DNA of 64,000 bases from Felis catus (GCF_018350175.1 NC_058375.1:105648001-105712000), one strand, 5' to 3'. Shown: positions 29,148 through 41,397, counted from the first letter of the stretch. Notes: generated by a model from the sequence alone, not told the origin. Program-made: numbers and translations.

Positions 29148-31966
29148 CTTTTTTTCTGTGGTGTTCCATTGATGTGTCTGCCTTCACCCCAAACTTATTT
29201 GTCTCCATAGGAGGGAATTTGGGGGAAGGGATGACATAATATTGAAAGTAATCCTGACCTCTCATTTAACAGCCTCCCACTCCCCATCTCAAACCTTTGC
29301 TCCAAAGAAAGAGGCAGCTTGAGGTAGGAAGGTGGGGGCCTCTGTGTTGGAGAACTGCCTGATCCTATATTGAAATCAGTACAGCCCACAAAAGCTACAT
29401 AGCAGATTCTGGGAAGGAATGCTTATTTGCAGCTCAGTGAGAATAGATGGGGGAAGGTCATGGCTAACAGGGAAATCCAAAACCAGAATGAGGGAGGCAC
29501 TTATACTGAAATGCCAGAGAGCTTCCATCCCCTCCAACCACCATCCCTGTCATTCCCCCCAATGGTGGCAGCATGACACAGCAAGGCCCTGTCAGGCAGG
29601 TAGGCCTTGGGTTCCCACAGAGGGTCTAGACAAAGGGTATTTGGGTGTGTCTGTGGGGCTCAGAGAGAGTGTGTCTTTTTATACTACATATTTGCTAATC
29701 ATGTATCCCTAAGAATACAAAGGGTGATATTTAGAAATTACCTTTGCCTAAAGTATCTGGATCATTTAAAATGAAGGACATTTGGAAGGATTTATTGAGC
29801 ATATATTGTGGTACAAGGCACTGTCCAAGCCCTTTAAGAAATGGAAAGAGAGATGAGGTATGGATGGAGAACAGTTGGGGAGGGGAAGAGAAAGCTTGCT
29901 GAACAGGGACCTCCTGCAAAATTTGGAGACTTGGGAATTAAATCCATACTATATTAAACACCAGAATTTCCTTACTGATGAGAGTAGTGTCAATGGTATT
30001 TTAGTTGCAATTTTCTGTGTGGTCAGTGTTCTTGACTTGAATTTAAATGTCATACATGCTTGTATGAGTGTCTTTCTATGCATTTGGTACTCTCTGTACA
30101 TGTCTCCGAGTTCATGGCATAGCTAGAAATTTTAGGCCTTGTAAGTTAATATTTTGTAAAATTTCCTTCAGCATTTTTTTATTGCAAGATACCCTCTGCC
30201 AGACGCTCAGGGATTGTTTAGACAATTGTTATACATATCTGGTTTTAAGAAAAGGAGTCAGTTTGTCAAAGAGCTTTTTCACTGTCTCAGATTCTAGCTT
30301 GCTCTCTACTGTCTTCTGCATTTTCATCATTCAGATCAGAATCACAGGAACAGTCAACATCTAATCTACTGAGTATCTGTTCTTCAGCAACTAAGAATTC
30401 TTACAAGTTTTGAGAATATTGGTATAGGATTATATAAAACTGTACGCAACTATCTATGTACAACACATCAACAAAGACCAGATGAGGAATGAGACCTATG
30501 TTCTAACTGGCTGGAAGGCTTCACGAGTCAGCAGATAATTTCTAACATGTTTTCTTTTCTTTCCTTTAAAAAAAAATATACCGTATGTTACAGCACAGAA
30601 TATATTTATTTAAGTAATCTCTACACCCAACATGAGGCTCAAACTCACAACCCCAAGATCAAGAGTAAAACACTCCACTGATGGAGCCATCCAGGAACCC
30701 TAAACATGTCTTCTAGTTTTAAAATTCTATGATTTTTCCCCCCTGTGATTCTATTTTTTAAAGACTCTATCATGTGCCCACATTATACTAAGCTTGATCT
30801 GGAGAGGACTGGTAAGGGAGGAGATATTAAAAAAAAAAAAAAAAAAAAAAAAAGCCAGCAATGTAGGCAAATAACTGGCAATTTAGTTAAAAAAGAAAAG
30901 GAAGGAAGGAAGAAGAAGAGGGGAAAAAAAAAGTCTCTGGTCAGAAGTCCGTAACATTGATGATCCTAAGGTGGTCCCTGTCTGAAGCCAGAGTAGGTAG
31001 TCTGATAGGTCCAACCATTTTTTGTAACTCTTTCTGTGCACATGTCTCTGGAAATTACTGTGGAAATGATCAGAGTTGAGTATCATAGGATGATGACCTC
31101 ACCTTTCCAGCACCCTCCCCCACCCTGTTCCAGTCCCCACATAACCTTCCTTCTAAGCAATTTCTCTGCTGAGTAATGCTCAGTTCCCAGGGTTTATTTT
31201 GGAGCCTGAACCTCAGAAGAAAAAGAGCAACTGAGAACTGGCTTTTAACATTAAAAACATCCTGGTCTGCCCACTCACCAGTCCTAAAGCCCCTACACTC
31301 ACACATAACTGTGCTCTAGATTAAGGCTTTTTTGTTCTGGCTCAGTAGAGACAGTTCACATTATATGCGGTTATAGTTCCTGTAGTGCAGTGGTTCTCAT
31401 GTTCGCCTAACACATTATATGGGGGCAGTTGGGAACCTATTTAAAGCCACTGTTTAGGAGCCTCAGGCCTGGTAGGAGCCAATGGAGTGTACTGGGAGGA
31501 AGGCCTTTTAAAATGGGGGTTCTATTTTTGGAGGCAGTGGAATGTTCATTCTGCTTCTTTGGGAACATTTCAACTAATGCTTTTGCCCCTTCTTGGCTAG
31601 TAACCAGCAGGGTGCAGGAGGCATACTAGTCCTATAACATCAGGGTGTGGGTGGGAAAAGATGATAGGAGTACTTGTTAGAGCATAGAAAAGTATCGAAT
31701 TCTGTCAAAGGACTTTCTCCTTCCGGTCTAAACTCTTACTTTCCTTACCTGGAATTCCCAATCCATTTGCTGTCAGGTAAATTCTAGCATTAGGATCAGA
31801 GAATCAAGGTCTTGTTATAGCATAGGAAAATTCTTTCAGCACCTACCTGGGCTTTGTTTTGAAGGAGAGGTAGGCTAGAGAAATCTATAAATACAGGCTG
31901 TTCAGGCTTACCTGTGGGCTAAAAGATGGGAGTGGCAAGTTATGGATGGATAAAGAGAGAAAATTA

Positions 31967-32150
31967 GGGGTGCTTTGGTGGCTCAGTCAGTTGAGCGTCT
32001 GACTTCAGCTCAGGACACAATCATGGGTTCAAGCCCTGCATCAGGCTCTGTGCTGACAGCTCAGAGCCTGGAGCCTGCTTTAGATTCTGTGTCTCCCTCT
32101 TTCTCTTGCCCCTTCCTGGCTCATGCTTTCTCTCTCTCTCTCTCTCTCAA
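31967..32150 (+). mobile_element. Can-SINE in the MLLT11 intron
   Basis: Head, body and (CT)n tract. Confidence 0.9.
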
Positions 32151-32284
32151 AGCCCTTTTTAGAGGTACCTATTAAACCAAAGTTAGCAAAAAGCCAAGTA
32201 TTTAAAAACATAAGAATTCAGGGGAATGATTTCTCTAAAGACTTGAATTCTTCTAGGGACTCCTGGTAGTCTTGAAACTTGGGT

Positions 32285-32460
32285 GGTATTTTAAGATGGA
32301 GAGCAGAGAGGAGCTTTCCAGGTTGGTGGAAACACATGATGTGGGGAGAGTGGAGCACCTGGAGAGGGCATGGGAGCTCTGCGCCCTCTTCCTGTACTTG
32401 GCCTTGTGTATCTCCTCCATCTGCCATTCCTGAGTTGTATCCTTTTATAGTAAACCGATG
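32285..32460. mobile_element. MER21-like LTR fragment
   Basis: GAGCTTTCCAGGTTGGTG..GGAGAGGGCATGG.AGCTCTGCGCCC..CCTGAGTTGTATCCTTT.AT.TAAACC. Confidence 0.6.
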
Positions 32461-32750
32461 ATCTTGTACGTAAAAGAAATAATAAATACAAAAGATGGAG
32501 AGTAGACAAAGTTAAGCAAGACAGAAATGAGCATAACTAGCAGAGACTGTACCATGGCTAGGAAGGATGAGCCAAATTCTAGAAAGCCTTGAAAACCAGA
32601 CCCAAGATTGACTTGAAGCATTAGGCAGTGAATAAGTCCTTCCAAGATGGGAGAAGGCAGGAAATGGTAGAAAATAGTAATAAAGGAAAGGTTCCCACAG
32701 CTTGTCCTAGGAAATCTGGATCATGTACAGAGGCAAATGATAATGGGAAG

Positions 32751-33009
32751 TTTTTTTTTTTTTTTATGTTTATTATTTTTTTTAACCTTCATTTATTTTG
32801 AGAGAGAGAGGGCGTGCATACAAGTGGAAGAGGGGCAGAGAGAGGGGGAAAGAGAAGCCTAAGCAGGCTCTGTGCTGTCAGTGCAGAGCCCAATGCGGGG
32901 GGGGGGGGGGGGGGGGGGGGGAGGGGCTCCGTCTCATGAACAGTGAGGTCATGACCTGAGCCCAAATCAAGAGTTGGATGCTTAACCGAAGGAGCCACCT
33001 GGGTGCCCC
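32751..33009 (-). mobile_element. Antisense Can-SINE with an internal G25 run, about 80 bp upstream of the MLLT11 coding-exon acceptor
   Basis: Poly-T, (AG)n, reverse-complement body and head; G-run at 32897-32921. Confidence 0.9.
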
Positions 33010-33097
33010 TGTGAAGTTTTTAAGTAAGGAAAGGCCGTGGGCCATGAAGAGGTTGCTATAGAATGAGGACTAACAGCTGGTTCCTTTCTAGGAAGTT

Positions 33098-33370
33098 ATG
33101 AGGGACCCTGTGAGTAGCCAGTACAGCTCCTTTCTTTTCTGGAGGATGCCCATTCCAGAGCTGGATCTGTCGGAGCTGGAAGGCCTGGGTCTGTCAGATA
33201 CATCCACCTACAAGATCAAAGACAGCAGCGCTGGCAAGATGACCGGGCAACCAACTGGAGTTGAACAGGAGAAACACTCCGAAGGCGATGCCCTCCTGGA
33301 GTACAGCACCTTCAACTTCTGGAGAGCTCCCATTGCCAGCATCCACTCCTTCGAATTGGACTTGCTTTAA
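33098..33370 (+). CDS. MLLT11: Protein AF1q (MLLT11), 90 aa, single coding exon
   Basis: ORF MRDPVSSQYSSFLFWRMPIPELDLSELEGLGL...FNFWRAPIASIHSFELDLL. Acceptor TTCCTTTCTAG lies 6 nt before the ATG. Confidence 0.98.
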   Translation: MRDPVSSQYSSFLFWRMPIPELDLSELEGLGLSDTSTYKIKDSSAGKMTGQPTGVEQEKHSEGDALLEYSTFNFWRAPIASIHSFELDLL

Positions 33371-33477
33371 GCCCAAGACTCCTCTCTCCACCACCTTGCC
33401 CTGTCTTCCCTTGCAAGCCCCTCCCTTCCCACCCTTTGTCCTGTGAATCTTGCTCTCTCCCCTCTATGGTGTTGAGG

Positions 33478-33550
33478 TGGTGCTGATGAATCTGCCAGAG
33501 TTGTGTTGTATTTATTATTTATTTATTTATTCATTTATTTATTTATTTAT
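33478..33550 (+). promoter_or_regulatory. MLLT11 3' UTR elements: miR-29 seed match (TGGTGCT, 33478-33484) and clustered ATTTA AU-rich element (33510-33550)
   Basis: Motifs read directly. TGGTGCT is complementary to miR-29 nt 2-8 (AGCACCA). Confidence 0.7.
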
Positions 33551-34325
33551 GTTATCAGTTTTTCTCAAAAGCCCTTAAGCCCCAAAGTTATCCCCCCAGA
33601 CACTAATTCCAGAAAGAAGCCTGGTGGGGGGCGCCAGAGAGTAGTATAGTAGTTCAAAATGGGGGACAATTTTTTTTTTTCATTTTAATCTTCTTCAGAG
33701 ATTGCTCAAACCTAATATCCTGCTCCAGATCGGTAAACACAAATCTTTCTTCAACAGTCGCTGAAAACCCTGGAAGCTTTGAGATTATCTACTACGAGAC
33801 AGCAGGATTTCTAAAAGGCTGTTAAGGTGTTAAGTCTTGCTGTTGGATCTTGCTCCTTACAATACCTTCTTTTCCTCAGAGAAATCGGGTGTAATGAAAG
33901 GTATAAAACAAGAGGTGATAATACCTCATGGAAAACGAAAATAAGGGAAAGAATTGAATCGTTTCAGAAATAACTATATTGTCAAAGGGGTAGTCCTTCA
34001 AACCTTTGCACTTTACAACTTTGCTCCTAACGCTAGCTGAGGGAAATGACTCCAATTTCAAATCTTAAAATGTAATCTTGCTGAGTACTATGATAATTTG
34101 TAAGGTATGATTCTGTTTCTAAAAGGCATAATAGGGTTTGGCCTTTAGTGTTTTAGTCTTGCCACCTCCTGCGTCTGCAAGGAGAATACTGATCAATGGG
34201 CCTCAGGCACAGTTCCTCAGCTACCTTGAGACCTTGAAATAATCACATTATGACCCTACACCTTGTACCCCCATTCCTTCCAAAATTATTGCTGCTGATT
34301 TGTGCTGCCATTTTCTCATTTCTTG

Positions 34326-34331
34326 AATAAA
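34326..34331 (+). terminator. Likely MLLT11 polyadenylation signal (AATAAA)
   Basis: Canonical hexamer about 950 nt after the stop, followed by a T/GT-rich stretch. Confidence 0.7.
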
Positions 34332-35299
34332 GACATTCAATCCCAGGCCTGGATTCTAGTTTTCTCTGTCTTCAAAGAGAAGCGGTATAGATCTCCGAAA
34401 TTAGCCTTGCTTTCACCTTCAGCTTATATATTGTCTTTCAATAAGAGTTCTTTTAGTAGCCTTTGTACATTAAAAATGATGAACATCAGGTTGGATAGGT
34501 ATCAATAAGGGTGAAATCAACTTAAAATTACAAAGCTATTTAGGAAGAAATGCAAACAACCACTCTGCTTGACCATTGGCTACCAACGTACTGAGGGAGT
34601 AATTCTAGATGTCTCAGAAGGCATCTGTGGCACGAACCGTGCTCTTAATGATCTCAGTATAGACGCCTTAAAAAAAGAAAGTCATCCAAATCCGTTATCT
34701 GCTTATTTATAACTCAACTCATTAAAAACAAAGCCCCACTGGTCATTTTTGGGTCCTTACTATACGAAAGGCAATGAGCCAGGAGATATAAAAGGATACA
34801 CACGGCAATGAAACAAGATTTTGACTCTCAAAAAAAGGGAACCTGTAAATACCAAGGTGGATCATACTTGGGGAGTATGCCATACTTTAAAGATGGCACT
34901 ACCAAGTTCAGAAAAGGAGGTAGACGCGAAAACAGTTGGCTTTGAAAGGCCCACCAAAACCGACAAAAGCCAAGATCTAATGAAAGTAGAGCCGAAATGT
35001 GTCCTTTTCTACGTTCACGTACTTTTGAAGGGCTTCTTTCCCGATTTCTCGCTGCCCTTAGGTAGTGGCGATCGGTGGGCGAAGGTGAGAATCATCTGGT
35101 AAGTAAAATGCGTTAAGTGGGTTTGCAAACTCAAGCTGCATGCCCTTCCAGGCCCCTCAAAAAAGCCTCCGTTATTTGTTCCACTATTCTGAGCAGACAC
35201 CAGGGCTCAACTTGAGCACAAAGCCAGGAACGTCTCCAACAGTTTCACCGGAGGCTGAGACAGAGAAAGTTTTCCCATCAATCCAAGTCTGGCCCCGAG

Positions 35300-36130
35300 A
35301 CAAGTTACCAAGAGGGTACAGGATCTACGCTGATACCGATTTGCCCTCTGCACGACGCCGGGCTCTTGGCGCCAAAACAAACCATCGGGTCCATCCCCCT
35401 ACCGGAACTACACGACACGTAAGACACGTAACAACAATCCTCCGCCTCGCCAAATAGTCCTCTCTGGGTCGTCTCGGATACACGTTTTTCCACTTCAAAA
35501 GGCCTTCGGTGGAAAAAAAAAAATGAGCCTCGGAGGTGCGCCGCTCTTCGGTTCTAATGGAAATGTGGGTTTTCTGGTCATTGTCTCCTCACAGATCCCT
35601 CCGCCAGAAATTGTATTCGCTGAGTCTTTACTTCCGGGTCCGCCATCTTGTTGCCTCCATTTCTCCACGAGGGGGGGTTAAAGGCCCCCAAAATATGCAT
35701 ATATGAAAAGGCCAAAAAGTAACCGTCAGTGACAGGGAGTCTTAACTAGAGAAGGAAACGGGACCAAACTGGCGGGCTCGGTGAAAGCGCGGCCGGCAGC
35801 GTCCCGGACGAGGAGGTGAGGGGGAAGAAAATGTGTACTCTGGGGGGCTTGAGGGCTGGAAGGGAGACTGCCGTGGGAAGGCGCACCGCGCCCAGCCCAG
35901 CCCCGAATTTCTGGGTGCAGACTGAGCGGCGCCCCTTCACCGGAGCGGGAGCAGCTCGGGGAGGGGGACGAAGAGGAAGGGGATGAGGCCGGGAGGAAGG
36001 GGAGGGGACTGAGAGGAGGTGAAGAAGGGGGTGGGTGTAAGACCTGGGGCTGGGGAGCTGGACCCAGGGAAGCTAGGGCCACAGAGGTGACCGCTAGGGG
36101 GCAGCGCGGAGCTCAGCGCCCCCCGCCGGG
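35300..36130. promoter_or_regulatory. GABPB2 promoter CpG island with ETS (ACTTCCGG, 35630-35637), YY1 (CCGCCATCTT, 35640-35649) and CTCF-like (CCGCTAGGGGGCAG, 36091-36104) motifs
   Basis: CpG enrichment and consensus matches read from the sequence. Confidence 0.8.
35645..35815 (+). other. GABPB2: GABPB2 non-coding exon 1 (start approximate)
   Basis: Ends at a strong donor, GAG|GTGAGG (35815/35816), downstream of the ETS/YY1 core promoter. Confidence 0.7.
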
Positions 36131-38047
36131 CCAAGACCTTGGCTTACTACCCCCATTGACTCTTCTTCCTGAAGGACAATGTTGCTGTCTGCAACTGGAG
36201 GGTTTGTGATGGAGGAAAAAACGGGGACTCTCAACTGTCTGACTTCAGTAGTAGCTTAAAGATTTTGAGGGAGCTCAGTAATCTGCAAGAGCAGTAAGGG
36301 CTCCGCCCTCATTTGTGGCACAGTTGTTTGTACAGCTGGCTGCCCGGTGGAGACGTGTGCAAGAGAAAAAGAAAAATGGGTCGTCATACTGTGGTTTCTT
36401 CAATTCCATTTCTCCTTCTCGTTACCTTTCTTCTGTTCTCACAGATTTCCTTGAGCCAGCAGAGATTATCCCATTCCCCTCCTTCTTCCCACAAGGACTT
36501 CTTTCTCTCTTAAACATCTACAGAAAAGGACGTTCTGTGGCTTACCTCCAACAATTTAACAACATTTTTGGCCGTCAGGGGCCATATTTTCCTAGTGCCA
36601 TTTGACCCACCCAATCCAATAGAGATGTTATTAAGCATGTATTTTCATACACTCTTTAATAACAGTGAAAGAACTGCCCCACCCAAAATCTTTTTTTTTT
36701 TTTTTTTTTTTTTTTAGTGTTTATTTATTTTCAGAGAGAGATAGCGTGCAAACAGGGAAAGGGCAGAAAAAGAACGGGAGAGAGAATCCCAAGCAGGGTT
36801 CCCCCTGTCAGTTGCAGAGCCAGACTTGGGGCTCTGTCTTATGAATGGTGAGATCATAACCTGTGTGGAAACTAAGAGTGAGATGCTTAACAGAGGAGCC
36901 ACCCAACCCCCTACCTCTCCTCCCCACAAATTCTTATGTCAACAAATGTAATTATTCTATGATAATAAGAGTACTTTGTTGTCAACAGCGCAAGCACTTC
37001 ATCAGTTATTAAAACAAACTTATCTAGGGGCACCTGGGTGGCTCAGTTGGTTAAGCATCTGACTTCAGCTCAGCCCAGGTCATGATCTCCCAGTTTGTGA
37101 GTTCAAGCCCTGGGTCGGGCTCTTTGCTGACAGCTCAGAGCTTGGAGCCTGCTTCAGATTCTGTGTCTCCCTCCCTCCCCCGCCTTCCCCCACTCACATT
37201 CTGTCTCTCTCTCAAAAATAAATAAAGATTTTTTTTTTAATTAAAAAACCACACTTATTTGGAGTTCCTGTGTGTTTGTTTGGGAGAGGGAGTGTGTACT
37301 TTGTTATTTTATTCATCTCCAAAATCCTAAGAGACAAGTTAGACCAGATTTTGTTTTGTTCTTCACTTCCAATATAGGAAAAGTAGAGGTATGTCCAGTA
37401 AGGGAGAATGTTTTCCCAGTGTTTTCAATAATCAGGGAGCTTGAAAGTGCCTCAAGCTCCTCTGGACTCTTTGGCCACATCTCTTGTCTGGTGGGTGTTG
37501 TCAGCATTTACATAGGATATGGGAGAAGGGAATACAGTCCCCCCAAAATGCTGCTGTTTTATTATTACTTTCTAAAGTTTTATTTATTTAAGCAATTGCT
37601 ACACCCCATGTGGGGCTGGAACTCATGACCGTAAGATCAAGAGTTGCACACTCCTCTGACAACCAGCCATGAGCCCCAAAATACTATTTTAAAAATACAT
37701 TTTATTTTTAACTTTGGATAGATGCTTCAGGTTAACTCAAAAGAATGGAGGATAGGGGAGAAAAGAACCTTGAAGAGCACATTTCTAGACTTTTTTTTTT
37801 TTTAACAGTGATGAATATAACTCCCTACTTACATTCTAATCCCAAAGTTTAACTATATCTTTGTATAGTAAGAAGTAAGGCTTTTCATGGCCTATTTAAA
37901 GATGGGATGACAGATGCCTGGGTCGCTCAGTCGGTTAAAGGTCCAGCTCTTGATTTTGGCTCAGGTCATGGTCTCATGATTTGTGAGTTTGAGCCCTGTT
38001 TGAGCCCCACTTCGGACTCAGTGCTGACAGCATAGAGACTGCTTGAA

Positions 38048-38088
<41 letters not shown>

Positions 38089-38738
38089 ATAAATAAACAA
38101 CAAAAAAAGAATGGGATGACAAATCTGAGTCAATTGCCATTTAGAGGTACTGATCCATGAGTCACAAATATGATTAAAGAAAAACGATACAATTAATATA
38201 TATATGAAGGCAGACTATAGTGAAAAAAATTGACTTCAAAAATACTTTGGAAGAGTTCACGTGCTAAAGACAACAGTTTCCATGGGATAAAATCAACTTA
38301 TTTATATAAAGGGTCTCATTTTCTAGAAATATCAGCTTCCCTGGAATGTAAAGCAAACCAGATTTCTCCTTAGGCAGGTACCCCAACCTTCAACAGTATT
38401 TTTTTCGTGGTAAAGAACAGCTGAAATTTCACTATTAGGATACTTCTGGGATGCCTGGGTGGCTCAGTCAGTCCGTTAAGTGTCTGACTCTTGGTTTTGG
38501 CTCAGGTCATGGTCTCACGGTGCCTGAGTTCAAGCCCGTATCAAGTTACATGCAGACTGTGTGGAGCCTGCTTGGGATTCTCTCTCTCTCTGTCCCTCCC
38601 CAACTTGCGCTCTTTCTCACTCTCAAAATAAATTAATAAACTTAAAAAAAAAGAAAGATACTTCTGCTTTTTGCCAGCATGTCTTTCCCTTTGTGACCAG
38701 TTATTATGGAAGTGTTTAAGACTTGGTGATATACTGTG

Positions 38739-38905
38739 TATATCTATATCTACCTATCTATATATATATATATACATACGCCATATATACCATATGCGTA
38801 TGTATGTACTATATATACCATATATATATGTGTGTTATGTATGTATGTATTATGTATACATACCACATATATATATGTGTGTATGTATGTATATATATGT
38901 GTATA
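38739..38905. repeat. Degenerate TA/TG-rich low-complexity tract
   Basis: Alternating purine-pyrimidine sequence, read directly. Confidence 0.85.
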
Positions 38906-39324
38906 GTGTAATTTGAGAAACTGTGAGGGAGTCATTTATGACTAATGAACCTCCTAAAAATTGTTAAGTATTAGTAATAAGATCATTAAATTGCAAGGCA
39001 ATTTTGATATTTTAAAAGGAAGGTGATTACGGAGAAATACAAAGTATTGGTTTTCTATAATAAGGTTTTGCTATCATTTTTTTCTTTAGCATTTTCTTAA
39101 GTTGTGAAAACTGACATGTAGGTTATAGAAGTTTGCTATTAAAGTGCATCCTCTCCTTGTGAACATACTCATTCAAAGGGTCTGGACTGCAGTGTGAACT
39201 GTGCTCATTCTGAACACTCTCAGGTGGTCTCCTGGACACCCAGGTTTGAGGACAATGCTCTGGGATATAGATATGGAAGGTTAAATCACATGGTGGCTGA
39301 ATGACTTGCCTAAGCTGATGAGCC

Positions 39325-40910
39325 TCAAATTTTCTGGTTTCAGGACTCATTTAAATATATATATATATGTTTATATATTTATATATTTTAATGTTTTATT
39401 TATTTTTTTGAGAGTGAGAGACAGTGTGAGTGGGGGAGGGGCAGAGAGAGAGGGAGACACATAATCTGAAGCAGGCTCCAGGCTCAGCTGTCGGCACAGA
39501 GCCCAACACGGGGCTTGAACCCATGAACTGTGAGGCCATGACCTGAGCCGAAGTCTGATGCTTAACCAAGGAGTCACCCAGGTACCCAGGTAAATGAGTC
39601 CAGGTCCACCCTTGGACTCATTTATATTCTTAAAAATTATTGAGGACACCAATGTGTTATATCTATTGGTACTTAACTATTTTCAAAATTAATTTTTATT
39701 TATTTATTTTTTAACTATGACAGGTACTTGTTTGAAATTACTTCATATTTCCTGATGTGTTTTATTTTCTTGCAAGAGAGTGTGTGTGTGCAAGGGGGGC
39801 CGGTGGGGGAAGGAGAAAGAAACTCTTAAGCAGCCTCCACGCTCAGTGCGGAGCCCAATCTGGCTTGATCTCAGGACAGTCAGATCATGACCTCAGGTGA
39901 AATCAGGAGTCAGATTCTTAACTGGTTGAGCCACTCCGGTGCTCTTGGAAATTAATTTAAAAATGTTCATTCATTAAAATACAATCATAAATCCTGTACG
40001 TGTTAACATAAATAACACATTTTTATAAGAAATGTATCTTCCGAGTTAAATAATGAGAAGAATGGCATTGTTTTGTTTTTGCAAATCTTTCTAACCTCTG
40101 GCTTAATAGAAAACAGCTGTAGTGGGGCGCCTGGGTGGCTCAGTCGGTTGAGCGTCCGACTTCAACTCAGGTCATGATCTCACTTTTGGTGGGTTTGAGC
40201 CCTGTGGTGGACTCTGTGCTGACAGTTCAGAGCCTGGAGCCTGCTTTGGATTCTGTGTCTCCCTCTCCCTGTCCCTCCCCTGCTTGCACTCTATCTCTGT
40301 CTCTCAAAAGTGAATGAACATTGAAAAAAAAACAACAGCTGCATATCTACTATTGCATGTAATCTGTTGCAATATGTACTTGGAAAAAGGAATATTTTAA
40401 TAGCTTTTTTGGGTAATTCTGGTGTTCTTTGATTCTGCACAAAAACTGTACAAACTAATGATTTCTTAAAAGTTACTTGCAGTGAAGAATCTGAAACCAT
40501 ATGAATGAAATTATTATACTCTGTTACCTTAAAACCAACTGTTCTTTCACTTAAAAGTATTGTTTTTGCTTATACGTGATTTTATAACATGCATTGGTCA
40601 TTTGAAAAATACTGGTTCTGCAAATTACGCAGATCATCCAAAAGTTGATGCATTTTATTTTACAATATTAAAAAATCACATTCATTAGTATCATAACTAA
40701 TTTCATCAGAAAACTTTATAGTAAGCTGTTAACTCATGGTGGTGGATTTGTTTCCCAAAATTCTAATTTTGCTTGAAAGCTCTAATTGTAATTAATAAAT
40801 GAACACTGCCAATTGTTTTCCTCGAAGTGGCAGGTTCACTTTATTCATTTTTGAAAAAGTTTCTGCTGTATAACTAAGTCTCAATATCTTTGGATTGTCT
40901 ATTCATCATT
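39325..40910. mobile_element. Charlie1-like hAT DNA transposon remnant fragmented by three SINEs
   Basis: Segments TCTTAAAAATTATTGAGGAC, TGTTAACATAAATAAC, GAGAAGAATGGCATTGTTTT..TTTTGCAAATCT..CTGGCTTAATAGAA.ACAGCTG and ACTAATTTCATCAGAAAA resemble Charlie1 as I recall it. Confidence 0.7.
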
Positions 40911-41382
40911 CTTTGGTGTGACATAACATTTTTTTAAAGTTTATTTACTTATTTTGAGAGAGAGAGAGGGAGTGCTCATGGGAGTGGGGCAGGGGCAGAG
41001 AGAGAGGGAAAGAAAGAATCCCAAGCAGGCTCCCCACTGTCAGCGCAGAGCCCAACATGGGGCTGGGATCTCACAAATCATGAGATCATGACCTGAGTCA
41101 AGGTCAAGAGTCAGATGCTTAACCAGCTGAGTCACCCAGGCGCCCTTGACGTACATTTCTACCCACAGTTGTTTCAAAGGGATGAAATGCTGTTTTTGAT
41201 TCCTTAAGCTAGAGAGGTGGTAATGTGTTGCACAGGTTTCCAAAGTATTTTTCTGAATACTGAACATTAAGGAACTATTGTTTAGGGCCTAAACTTTTCC
41301 AAATATCTGATTGTGTTAGATGAGGTGGAGAGAAAGTGCCATACTGGGTAGTCAGCTTGAGAAATATCTTACATATATTTAA

Positions 41383-41397
41383 AATTTTTTTTTAATT

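Larger units (their letters stand above)
36691..41146. mobile_element. Cluster of about 9 Can-SINEs (both orientations) in GABPB2 intron 1
   Basis: Approximate copies: 36691-36910(-), 37027-37240(+), 37560-37677(-), 37912-38110(+), 38448-38652(+), 39370-39588(-), 39760-39945(-), 40123-40333(+), 40929-41146(-). Confidence 0.88.
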
